Of a DNA stretch of 64,000 nucleotides, positions 44,809-53,335 are shown in pieces. The stretch is from the IMG/VR virus record IMGVR_UViG_3300002026_000029, positions 26,796 through 90,795 of that record; one strand, 5' to 3'. The position numbers were made by a program, and so were the translations under genes. Every line of letters starts with the position of its first letter. Position 1 is the first letter of the stretch. This DNA comes from a virus. The notes under the pieces are model-generated. The model was given only the letters and a program-made list of their open reading frames with translations. It was not told the origin of the DNA and made no database searches.

Positions 44809-45062
44809 TACAAATCCTCTATTGATATAGTTGTTGGAGCAACTGTTGTGTCAGTTACTATTAGTTCAAAGTATTCGTTTTCGATATTCTTGTAATAGTA
44901 GCGAGCTTCTTCTGCTGTGAGGTCTATTACTTTTTTACCAAATACTTTGGATACACCTGCTTCTATAGGGTTTAACCACGTTAAGGCTGTACCTGTCTTA
45001 CGTGAAACTAAGCGTGCTACAAACATAGCTTTATTTTTAACTTGTGTTGATTCAAATGCCAT
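44808..45062 (-). CDS. Small early protein, paralog of 40444-40704
   Basis: MAF...ARLVSRKTG...W..P...TDTT.....IEDL. Confidence 0.6.
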   Translation of the reverse strand: MAFESTQVKNKAMFVARLVSRKTGTALTWLNPIEAGVSKVFGKKVIDLTAEEARYYYKNIENEYFELIVTDTTVAPTTISIEDL

Positions 45063-45249
45063 ATGGATACCCTCCTAGGGTTTTATTAAAATTGTTTTGA
45101 GTTTGAATCTATGATTCTGACTTTGTTTATTAAAGCGTTGAACTTTACTTCTAGTTCTGCTAAACGTTTTTCAATTGATGTAATTGTAGGTGATTGTCTA
45201 AGAGGTGGAAACTCATATTGTTTTGTCACCTCGTTGTATGTTTTTATCA

Positions 45250-45501
45250 TTAGAAGTCTTCTGGAGATAGTCTAGTGGTAGGTGTAGTCTCCGACACTTC
45301 TAGGATAAGGCTTTTGATATATGTCTCAAAGTCACCTTTGTTTAAGCTTTGTATATCAGCCATAGTGATGTATTCTGGTTGCTTACCTATCATTGTTTCA
45401 GTGAACTGTGATGATAGGTTAATGTATGCTACTGTATTACCCTTAGAAGTTTTAAGGGTAATAGAGTATAACTTTTGTGCTTTAGTTGTTTTGTTGAACA
45501 T
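45250..45501 (-). CDS. Small early protein, diverged paralog of 40444-40704
   Basis: SITLKTSKGNTVAYIN...IT...SETT.....PEDF. Confidence 0.5.
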   Translation of the reverse strand: MFNKTTKAQKLYSITLKTSKGNTVAYINLSSQFTETMIGKQPEYITMADIQSLNKGDFETYIKSLILEVSETTPTTRLSPEDF

Positions 45502-45513
45502 AGGTGAATCCTT

Positions 45514-45741
45514 TTAATTTAATTTCATTTCTAAAATAGAAGTTAATGCCGGAGTGACAGTAGCTTCAGCCATACGTTCTAGTTCTAGTAGTATTTTGTG
45601 GATAGAACAATCAATGTCAAGTAAATGTTCCGTTATTGTGTTCATACTAACATTAGTAATTACTTGTACATTATGTGTTAGTTGTTTAATTTTAGTTACA
45701 TTATTTTGAATATAATGAACTTGAAGTAGTAACTCATTCAT
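45514..45741 (-). CDS. Hypothetical protein
   Basis: Small ORF with RBS. Confidence 0.5.
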   Translation of the reverse strand: MNELLLQVHYIQNNVTKIKQLTHNVQVITNVSMNTITEHLLDIDCSIHKILLELERMAEATVTPALTSILEMKLN

Positions 45742-45841
45742 AATAATCCTTTTTAGTAGGGTAGAAGCAATTTAATTGCTAGGGAATAGTAAGGGTTAGC
45801 CTTACAGTAGTTCGTGGCTTGTAGGTACCTTAGAATTAGTA

Positions 45842-46048
45842 TTATGAGTATAGTATAGCACTACAGGCATAGCATAGTTCTATTGAACCTATACAGTGGA
45901 TTTCAGCACCTTTATTCTTATAGTATCTTAGGTAACGTGCTGGACGTATTAGGTTGCGGTGGTTGATTGTTATTACGATAAAGAGGTTAGGCAAAGACTC
46001 TTCGTATCTTTGACACGTTACTGGTGTTGGTATTTGGTATTGGGTCAT
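45842..46048 (-). CDS. Hypothetical protein
   Basis: Small ORF with AAGGA RBS. Confidence 0.45.
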   Translation of the reverse strand: MTQYQIPTPVTCQRYEESLPNLFIVITINHRNLIRPARYLRYYKNKGAEIHCIGSIELCYACSAILYS

Positions 46049-46113
46049 TTGGTGTTCCTTTTATTGGTCCATTATATGGTGTATCTTATTCTAACAACAT
46101 TGTTCCTTGTAGT

Positions 46114-46638
46114 TTACAATTTTTTGTATGTTAGAGATTGTAGTGTAGCCCAGTTTATTGTTCCGTCTATGAATAGAGAGACTAGTGAACATTCTGGTAC
46201 TGTATAGTCCTCTGTAGTTGAAGGGTTGAGCAATTCAGCTACAGTTATTTGTGTTAGAGTGGTGATGTAGTATTCTGGTAGAGAAGATTTGATAACGTAG
46301 TAGGTTGCTAGTGCATATCCTCCTTCTATGTCATTAGTATCTAAGTCTAAATATTGCTTTTTTATTTTTACTGAGAGTGCTATTGGATTAAGTAGGTTGG
46401 CTACTTTTTCTTTAAAGATTAACATCTCTTGTATAACTTCATCTGGTGATGTTAGTTCAGCTAGTGTCTCTGAGGTTACACTTCTAATTAGAAATAAGTG
46501 TTTGTTAGCATTTACTTCAGAGAGAGTTATTGTTTTAGTGTCTCTTGCTTTAAAGGCTTCTAGTTTAGATACCTCAACTTGGATTGCTTTGTCTATTGCT
46601 GTTGTTAATTCTGATGGTGTTAATTCTAGTTGTGGCAT
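46114..46638 (-). CDS. Hypothetical protein
   Basis: 174-aa ORF with RBS. Confidence 0.6.
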   Translation of the reverse strand: MPQLELTPSELTTAIDKAIQVEVSKLEAFKARDTKTITLSEVNANKHLFLIRSVTSETLAELTSPDEVIQEMLIFKEKVANLLNPIALSVKIKKQYLDLDTNDIEGGYALATYYVIKSSLPEYYITTLTQITVAELLNPSTTEDYTVPECSLVSLFIDGTINWATLQSLTYKKL

Positions 46639-46852
46639 TGCGTTTTCCTTTATGGGATTTTTAGGGTAGTTTGGGTAGTTTATTCTTCAGTTTGCATTGA
46701 AGTTGGGTTGTTAGATTTATGGGTAATTGTGGTAAAAGACCGCAGGTCCAGTTTTTAGCCCTATTTAAGGCACTTTTTAGCCCCTAAAAGACCCTCACCA
46801 ATACCTAAGGTACCCCTAGAAACATCGTTCCTTGTAGGGTAGATATGAGAGT

Positions 46853-47605
46853 CTAAATAGAGTTGTCATTGAAGTCAGTGGTTGTAGCACCTGATTTCAA
46901 TTCATATCTTCGATTAGCTTCATCAGCTAATATCATCTGGATTTCTGGAGTGATTACTCCTGATGCTATCACTGAATAGTAGAAGTCTTTACCAAGCTGT
47001 GTGGTGATATAACTATCAGTAGACCACCCACGGTCTTGGTTTACGATTACATCCTCTTCTAGACGCTTTATATAAGCGTATATAGATGTTACTCTATTCG
47101 TCTGTGTCTCCCTGCCTTCTTTATTAGTAATAGCAACAGTAAGACCATTGAACAGAGGTTCTATTAGGTCTGGTCTAACTTTGGCAATGTATCGAGCGTT
47201 TTCAAGGGTAACTTTACCAATGCCCCAAGCATTAGCCACTTCTTGTTTAGTCTGAGTGTTGGCTGGTCTTAATGTTTCTTTACAGGCAGTAATAACTTTC
47301 TGAGTAAGAGTAAGGTTACGTCTAGTATTAACTGACTTGACGAAGATTCGTACCTCATCTTCTGTTAAGTCGTCGTCTAGTTCTTTATACACAATATGTT
47401 TACCTAGTAGTACTAAGGCTTGTTGCCTACACCTACCGTCTACTATCTCTCCGTGCCATATAACAATAGGCTCACGTTGTTCGTTGACTTTTATGTCTTC
47501 TGTTAACACTGATTGTTCTACCCCAGTTGCCATTGGTACTAGACCGGCTAGTTTATTGTTAACTGGAAATGGTCCGTCTTTCATTAGTCGTACTTTGATA
47601 CTCAT
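46853..47605 (-). CDS. ParB-like N-terminal domain DNA-binding protein
   Basis: L..DI....QREPIVI..G.IVDGRCR..A...S.N.RRNLT..QK plus HTH; AAGGAG RBS. Confidence 0.75.
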   Translation of the reverse strand: MSIKVRLMKDGPFPVNNKLAGLVPMATGVEQSVLTEDIKVNEQREPIVIWHGEIVDGRCRQQALVLLGKHIVYKELDDDLTEDEVRIFVKSVNTRRNLTLTQKVITACKETLRPANTQTKQEVANAWGIGKVTLENARYIAKVRPDLIEPLFNGLTVAITNKEGRETQTNRVTSIYAYIKRLEEDVIVNQDRGWSTDSYITTQLGKDFYYSVIASGVITPEIQMILADEANRRYELKSGATTTDFNDNSI

Positions 47606-47630
47606 ACATCTCCTTTATGTTTAACGCTTA

Positions 47631-47706
47631 ATTGTAGCATAAGTTGCTAATAATTGTTCAAAGTTTGTTCATTATGAGGGTATTACTGAACAATTCTTGA
47701 ACAATT
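47631..47706 (-). promoter_or_regulatory. Host sigma70-type promoter (TGcTACAAT) overlapped by a TGAACAA inverted-repeat operator
   Basis: Extended -10 at 47631-47639; aattgttcaa..ttgttca / tgaacaa..ttgaacaatt dyad at 47652-47706. Confidence 0.55.
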
Positions 47707-47801
47707 GCCTTATCAAATGAACAGATCCGTTCATTAGTTGGCAGATATTTTAGGGGTATATATAATATACTATTGTTTTGTGCATTCTGCTTAAAGGCAG
47801 C

Positions 47802-48023
47802 TTAAACTATAACCATTAGTGAAGCAATCTCTGCTTCACTATCTACTGCTTGTATAGCTTTTACTACCATAGCTTCTGTTAGATTGATTTGATAGCGCTT
47901 GGATAAGTCTTCTGCTATCTCTTTTACTTCCATACCAAAGAGGTCCATTTCATAGCAGTTAGCTATTATCATCTTAGCTGTTGGTGATGCCACCATTTGC
48001 TGTGCTGTGTAAGTGTGTTGCAT
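47802..48023 (-). CDS. Hypothetical early protein
   Basis: Small ORF with RBS. Confidence 0.55.
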   Translation of the reverse strand: MQHTYTAQQMVASPTAKMIIANCYEMDLFGMEVKEIAEDLSKRYQINLTEAMVVKAIQAVDSEAEIASLMVIV

Positions 48024-48223
48024 TAGTATCCTTTTGTTGTTAGTGTGAAGTTATCATCTGATAGTTCTTCATAGTCTTGTATAGTATCAAGGACGAGTTG
48101 GAACGTCTCACCTGTTATGGTTGATGTAGCTACTACGTGAGCCGGTAGCTCAAGTGAGTAGATTGCCTTAGATGCTATGTATTCTAGAGTTGATGAGCAT
48201 TGGTTTAAGTAGATGTTGTACAT
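48023..48223 (-). CDS. Hypothetical early protein
   Basis: Small ORF, TAATG-coupled. Confidence 0.5.
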   Translation of the reverse strand: MYNIYLNQCSSTLEYIASKAIYSLELPAHVVATSTITGETFQLVLDTIQDYEELSDDNFTLTTKGY

Positions 48224-48240
48224 TAGTAGCCTTTAGTTAT

Positions 48241-48298
48241 AAGATATTATCTCATAACTAAAATAGAAGTACCAACGGTCAGACAGTTTGTACTCTAG
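48241..48298 (-). promoter_or_regulatory. Putative vRNAP early promoter (TCTCATnnCTAnAATAGA plus hairpin on the template strand)
   Basis: Motif recurs at ~49365, ~49964 and ~50170. Confidence 0.4.
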
Positions 48299-48350
48299 GT
48301 GAGGATAGGTAGTGGTCCTCTCTTCGTCCTTTCCTCACCGTGTGCTTTTA

Positions 48351-48402
48351 GTGAGGCTCTTATGTGAGGCTCTTATGTGAGCTCTTGCTCTTAGGTGAGC
48401 TC
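48351..48402. repeat. Short tandem repeat (gtgaggctcttat x2 plus degenerate copies)
   Basis: Seen directly. Confidence 0.7.
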
Positions 48403-48439
48403 TAAAAAAAAATAACGAGAACCAAACAATCCATAAGGA

Positions 48440-48760
48440 TTATTTAGTTCTCGTTGCAGGTTTAGCAGTTGCTACTCGTGGAGCTACGTAAAAACTGCCT
48501 GTTGTGAGATGAAACATTATTCGCTTCATCTCCAGTTGAGCGTTGGTTGACCCTAGTAGGGTTTCCAATGTAGCACCGTTTGAGTAAGGTGCATTTATTA
48601 TTGTGGCATACACCGACTTAGGTTGCGTAAGACAATCTTCCTTAGTGAATACAGGAGTGAAGAATTCTACATATTCTTCTACTATAGCAGATGCTAATTC
48701 TGCAGTCATATTCCGTGGACAAGGTACTTCAGTTCGAGGTGTTGATTTTGTGTATAACAT
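48440..48760 (-). CDS. Hypothetical early protein
   Basis: Shares the leader gaggcaaaggatataaaatg with 48798-49310. Confidence 0.6.
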   Translation of the reverse strand: MLYTKSTPRTEVPCPRNMTAELASAIVEEYVEFFTPVFTKEDCLTQPKSVYATIINAPYSNGATLETLLGSTNAQLEMKRIMFHLTTGSFYVAPRVATAKPATRTK

Positions 48761-48797
48761 TTTATATCCTTTGCCTCATCGAGGACTTTAACCACCG

Positions 48798-49310
48798 TTA
48801 GAGTTGTCTTTGATTGGGATTTCCCAAAGTAATCTCTGGATTGGCTCTTTGTACCTGTGTGTCATTTCTGACCACTTCTTTTACTATTATACTTCGTAAG
48901 AAGTCGTCATCGTCAACATTGGCGAGCAAGCTCACCAAGTCTTCTAGACAATACCTTATCCCTTTGTTATGGATAGTAACTGTGGTACCATCCATCCACA
49001 CGGGTAAACGCTCTACATTTCCCAATTTATGCCTTGTTTTTTCAACTTCTACAATAACAGTTAATTCAACCCAGCATCTAATATATAAATGACCTGATGC
49101 TAGTGCACCAGTGTCTTCGATTTCGAATTTAATCGAAGTATTGCCAAACGTGGCATTAATTTTCGCCACTTTTGTAAACTCATCTGTATATTTGGGGTTG
49201 TTAGTGATACAGTAACTTAGTTCACCTGTTATTTTTCTATCTTTTAAATATATATTCAGTTCATTTTCGTACTTCTCAAAGTCAAAGTTCATTTTTGTTG
49301 TGTATGACAT
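48798..49310 (-). CDS. Hypothetical early protein
   Basis: 170-aa ORF with shared leader. Confidence 0.6.
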   Translation of the reverse strand: MSYTTKMNFDFEKYENELNIYLKDRKITGELSYCITNNPKYTDEFTKVAKINATFGNTSIKFEIEDTGALASGHLYIRCWVELTVIVEVEKTRHKLGNVERLPVWMDGTTVTIHNKGIRYCLEDLVSLLANVDDDDFLRSIIVKEVVRNDTQVQRANPEITLGNPNQRQL

Positions 49311-49498
49311 TTTATATCCTTTGCCTCAATAGCTCGAGGCTATTTGTTGATATAAGAGATATTCTCTCATTTCTAAATAGAGGCTACTACTTGCGTAGTG
49401 CTTCTAAGGATTTAACTATTCTTATATAGTTGTTGAATCCTCTAGCAGTGCCTTTTGGGTGGCGTGCTAGGAATTGCTGTAGTAGTCTGATATTACTA

Positions 49499-49861
49499 CT
49501 AGGCATTGAGCGTCCCCCTTAGAAGACGAGCCTTAACTTCGTCGAATTGTGCCTGCGTTAAGCCTGAGGCGTTTAGTGCCTCAGCTACTTCCTTCTCCCC
49601 GTGTAGGCTAGATATAACAGCGTCAACTATCATCTCGTCTATCACCGAGTTCATCATTATGATGCCTAACTCTGAACCCCCCGACACTATGGTGTTTATT
49701 AACTTCGCCGTGTTAGCCACGGCCTGTCCTCCATTAGTTACCACTGCGTGAGTGGTTGTGAATGCTGAATCTATTATATCGAAACTGCCGTGCCATACTT
49801 TGGTAAGTCTGCCTTGCTTTCGCGTATACGTATTTTGAGTTGTTGTTTGTGTAGTTGCCAT
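49499..49861 (-). CDS. First substantial early gene, amphipathic (possibly N4 gp1-like)
   Basis: Strong AGGAGG RBS; paralog of 39912-40235; position at the start of the early region. Confidence 0.55.
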   Translation of the reverse strand: MATTQTTTQNTYTRKQGRLTKVWHGSFDIIDSAFTTTHAVVTNGGQAVANTAKLINTIVSGGSELGIIMMNSVIDEMIVDAVISSLHGEKEVAEALNASGLTQAQFDEVKARLLRGTLNA

Positions 49862-49869
49862 TGTAATAA

Positions 49870-50116
49870 TCCTCCTAGGATTTTAGTATTCTAACAGAGC
49901 CTAAGCTCAACCGTGTAGCTTCTTGTAAATTAAGAATATCTACACACCAAGACCGTAGCCTTATTCCATTACTATAATAGAAGTATCTACTATAGTAATC
50001 TTCGTTAACCCCTTTTAGGGTCTAACGGACGAATTACGGTTACTACACCGCTTGTATCTACAGTCCACATAAAGTCCTCCTAGGATTTTAGTATTCTAAC
50101 AGAGCCTAAGCTCAAC
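49870..50116. repeat. Exact 42-bp direct repeat (49870-49911 and 50075-50116) containing an RBS and hairpins
   Basis: tcctcctaggattttagtattctaacagagcctaagctcaac occurs twice. Confidence 0.9.
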
Positions 50117-50119
50117 GAT

Positions 50120-50600
50120 GTTAAGAGATGGCTAGTGTTGCTAGGTCTCACTAAGATATATACTATCTATCTCATTACTACAATAGAAATACAAGTAACA
50201 GGAGAGTCCACCATTGGTTAGCTCTTAGCATAGCTGGTTACATTAGTGGCTCGATAAATGGGTCCCCTTTCTGGTGGTTTATACAGGGGGGTAGTACTGG
50301 AGATGGAGGGCTCTTCCGGCTATACTAAGAGCATTTCCAAAAATAAAAAAATATTACCTTAAGCCGCTTAAGCCGCTACCACTACCAACAACAAACGGCA
50401 AATGATTGCCTCACCATCCAACAACTAACTGCAACATAACTACTAAAACTGACTAGAGAATTACCGTTACTACAATCATTTTAAGGGCCATAGGAGACAC
50501 GACTAACTGCAAAAGCTATAATTGATCAGATACAGAACTAAAACAGCTGTAGACCTTCTATACAACATATGATATACTTCCACAAATTAAATTAAGGGTA
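50120..50600. other. Divergent early/late junction; probable physical genome end / terminal repeat region
   Basis: Strand switch between first early genes and terminase-side late genes as in N4-like genomes; G6 run at 50286-50291. Confidence 0.5.
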
Positions 50601-50605
50601 TAACA

Positions 50606-50866
50606 ATGGCAAAAGCTAAAGTAATAGATGAGAATGAAGTAATAGAAACTACTGAAATAGATCTAACTGATATAGTGGTGGAAGAAGTAATTGAAGGTAC
50701 TAATGAGATGGTCATAACTGATATAGTACTGGATGATATAATACCTACACCTGAAGAAACTAACCTAATTAAAACTGATACTCATGTATGCACTCCTATG
50801 GTAGTAAAGAACCGTAGCAGGTCTAAGATAATCTGCAGTGTATGCAGTAAACTGATAGTAAAGTAG
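50606..50866 (+). CDS. Acidic protein with C-terminal Zn-finger-like motif
   Basis: HVC...CSVC; preceded by a TGaTATACT promoter-like motif. Confidence 0.55.
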   Translation: MAKAKVIDENEVIETTEIDLTDIVVEEVIEGTNEMVITDIVLDDIIPTPEETNLIKTDTHVCTPMVVKNRSRSKIICSVCSKLIVK

Positions 50867-51179
50867 TAACTGATGATACTACACCACCAATACGATGAAG
50901 ATGCTGTTATGATGTCAATGGAGATTAGTAATGATGCTACATACCATGAATTGTTTGAGAAGTTTATAAAGTTCTCAGTAACCATTGGATATCACCCTGA
51001 GACTATTGCAGTTACTGTTGCTAACTTCTGTATAGAGGATATATAATGGAGACTAGTATCATATGCCCTCATTGTAAGGTGAGTGTAGTTCCTGTAGTTA
51101 AGATATTTAATACTAAGATATGTCCTAAGTGTAGTATTATTATTAGTAGTGATAAGGGTATTACCAAAGGAGATAGATA

Positions 51180-51452
51180 ATGTTTATTGGTACATGTAAG
51201 GTGTGCGGTCAGGTTAATACAATAGATGTTCAGTGTAGCTGTGCTGCTAGGCTAACTACTAGTATAATGGATGATATTGCTAATAGTAGTTTAGTCTCCT
51301 TTAATTGTGAGTATTGTGGAGAGATCCATTCTAAATTATTCATGTGCACTGCTAAAGCTACACAGATGGGATTTATGGGTATGGTTACAACTAGTATAGC
51401 TACTAATAAGAGATGGTCTTTTATAGCCTGGTTTAAGGGATTATTTAAGTAA
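51180..51452 (+). CDS. Small Cys-rich (Zn-finger) protein
   Basis: CKVC..CSC, CEYC..H....C; GGAG RBS. Confidence 0.55.
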   Translation: MFIGTCKVCGQVNTIDVQCSCAARLTTSIMDDIANSSLVSFNCEYCGEIHSKLFMCTAKATQMGFMGMVTTSIATNKRWSFIAWFKGLFK

Positions 51453-51877
51453 TGGCATTCCTTAGAGTTGATTCTAGTCCTATAAAGAAGCAACGCCTCT
51501 ATTTAATGGTCATAGAGATGCCATCTGGTATCCAGGTGATAAAGATAGGTAAAGCTAGTGGTGAAAGTAGTAAAGAGCGTATGATGCAGATTAACTCTAG
51601 TATCTTTGATAAGTTTAGGTGTACAGCTAAGATTAGTATTAAGAGAGATAGAGAAGTAGATGCTGATAAAGTGTTTGAGTACGAGACAACACTCCACAAA
51701 TTCTTTGTCAACTACAGGTATGAGACTAATCATAAGTTTGATGGTGTAACAGAGTGTTTTGTCTTACCAGAAAATAGTGATGATGCAGTGCAGGCTTTTG
51801 AGGCTGTGATAGAAGGGCTTGTACCTGACTTCACCTACACAGCTCCTACTGATACTCCTGATAAGTTGCCCTTCTAA
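51452..51877 (+). CDS. GIY-YIG-like (T5orf172/MUG113) nuclease-domain protein
   Basis: LYLM...IKIGKA....R...I...E..LH..F...FDG.TECF. Confidence 0.7.
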   Translation: MAFLRVDSSPIKKQRLYLMVIEMPSGIQVIKIGKASGESSKERMMQINSSIFDKFRCTAKISIKRDREVDADKVFEYETTLHKFFVNYRYETNHKFDGVTECFVLPENSDDAVQAFEAVIEGLVPDFTYTAPTDTPDKLPF

Positions 51878-51995
51878 TATGTTGTATACTTCTATCTTTA
51901 AAGGACTACTGTGACAAAAGAGAATAGTGAATATATAAATGGCATTGGAGCACAGACATCCCAAATGCTTGCATTGGTTGGTAGTGGCGGAGTGT

Positions 51996-52468
51996 ATGAA
52001 TAAAGGATTTTGGCTCATATACGCACTAAAGCAATGGATAAGGCTACTGCACTTAGTAGGTCTGGTAATATCGCTACTGGTATTTAGTACGATAAGGCTG
52101 AAGCTACAGCTGCAAGTAAGAGAGGATACACACCTGACTACAGTTATGCTCTAAATGCTCTTGCTGGTAACTCTAATGCAGCAGGGCCTAACGCGCATTT
52201 CAGTGATGCTGGTAAACTGCCTAACCATATAACGTTTAGTGATGAGGCTACACTACATAGCCAAACTAATCAAGGAGGTCATTGGAGAGAAGAGAGTCAG
52301 CTTGGACTTGGTACTATATTCACACCATCAGTACAACAGATGAATATACCTGGGTATATTGGTAACTTAGCTAGGTATGCAGCCAGACCAGACAGTGGTA
52401 TTGACACTATAGGAGTACCGCACCATATACTTCAATTAGTAAAGGAAGGTAAGTGGAAGAGGGACTAG
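51996..52468 (+). pseudogene. Interrupted conserved phage gene (frameshift near start, in-frame TAG at 52085)
   Basis: Hand translation ...GNIATGI*YDKAE...HFSDAGKLPNHITFSDE....QGGHW...; open 52088-52468. Confidence 0.55.
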
Positions 52469-52644
52469 GTAAGATCAAACTTGACCCAAAGAACAAATGA
52501 ACATTCACTAAATACTGTAAGAGTATTGGCGAAATAGGTGTAACAGTTAAGTGTATTGCTAAGGTGGTAAAGCCTCAAACAATCCTGTTACTAAGAGAGA
52601 TAGAGATAAAGCAGTTTTGCTGAAAATGCTAAGGACTTTAACAA

Positions 52645-52989
52645 ATGATAGGAGTTGTAATGGAAGAGTATGAAGATTTAGAAGAAATGGCAATGGGTGC
52701 TAAAGGTAAACATAAGATGGCTATGATGAAGAAGGAAGAGAAGCGTAGAGTTATGCGTAGACTTAAAGAAACACTTAAGATCAGTGGTAGTTGGAATGAT
52801 GAGGATTTAACTGCTGGTATGATTGAAGAGGTATTTATTGATCTAGTAAAAGGATTTAAAGACCCAATGGTTAAAGCATTGTTTGATAAAGAACCATATA
52901 AAGCTATGGTTAATAGTCTGATTGATATAACTACTATCCTGCAGATGCAAGAAGAAGTTGAAGAGGATGCACTACTTAAAAAAATATAG
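52645..52989 (+). CDS. Hypothetical protein
   Basis: Likely start MEEYE after AGGAG. Confidence 0.55.
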   Translation: MIGVVMEEYEDLEEMAMGAKGKHKMAMMKKEEKRRVMRRLKETLKISGSWNDEDLTAGMIEEVFIDLVKGFKDPMVKALFDKEPYKAMVNSLIDITTILQMQEEVEEDALLKKI

Positions 52990-53140
52990 TATACTACCAA
53001 ATCTAAATAAGGAGGTCCACTTGGCTTGTAAGGCAAAAGGTAAAGGCACTAAACCTAAGAAGTAGTATATAGTTACCGTCAATCAGTACACGGATAGAAG
53101 TTACTGGTATTAATAGGAGGGCATAAGTCCCTCCACCTAC

Positions 53141-53214
53141 TATGCTATCGTCTAATGACAAGACATCAGGATTTAGTCTTGAAGATCTAGGTTCAAATCC
53201 TAGTAGCATATCCA
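53141..53214 (+). tRNA. tRNA with TTA anticodon (ochre-suppressor type, Gln-like body; may be a pseudogene)
   Basis: TATGCTA/TAGCATA acceptor, GTCT/AGAC D-stem, TCAGG-ATTTAGT-CTTGA anticodon arm, CTAGG-TTCAAAT-CCTAG T-arm, T-CCA end. Confidence 0.75.
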
Positions 53215-53335
53215 CTAACCACATAATTGATTTGAGATAATTCTCTTAGAGGAACTTAACTACTTCCTCTATCCTTCTAACACCTATTATAATCTAACTA
53301 CTACTATTTAGCTATACTTTCACAAAAGGAACTAA

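Noticed and set aside
46640-46850. Replication origin (phased TTTTTAGCCC tracts)
   Set aside because: Only two short repeats and no independent support.
53068-53136. Additional tRNA upstream of the UUA tRNA
   Set aside because: Only a GGAGGG/CCCTCC arm is recognisable; no cloverleaf can be built.
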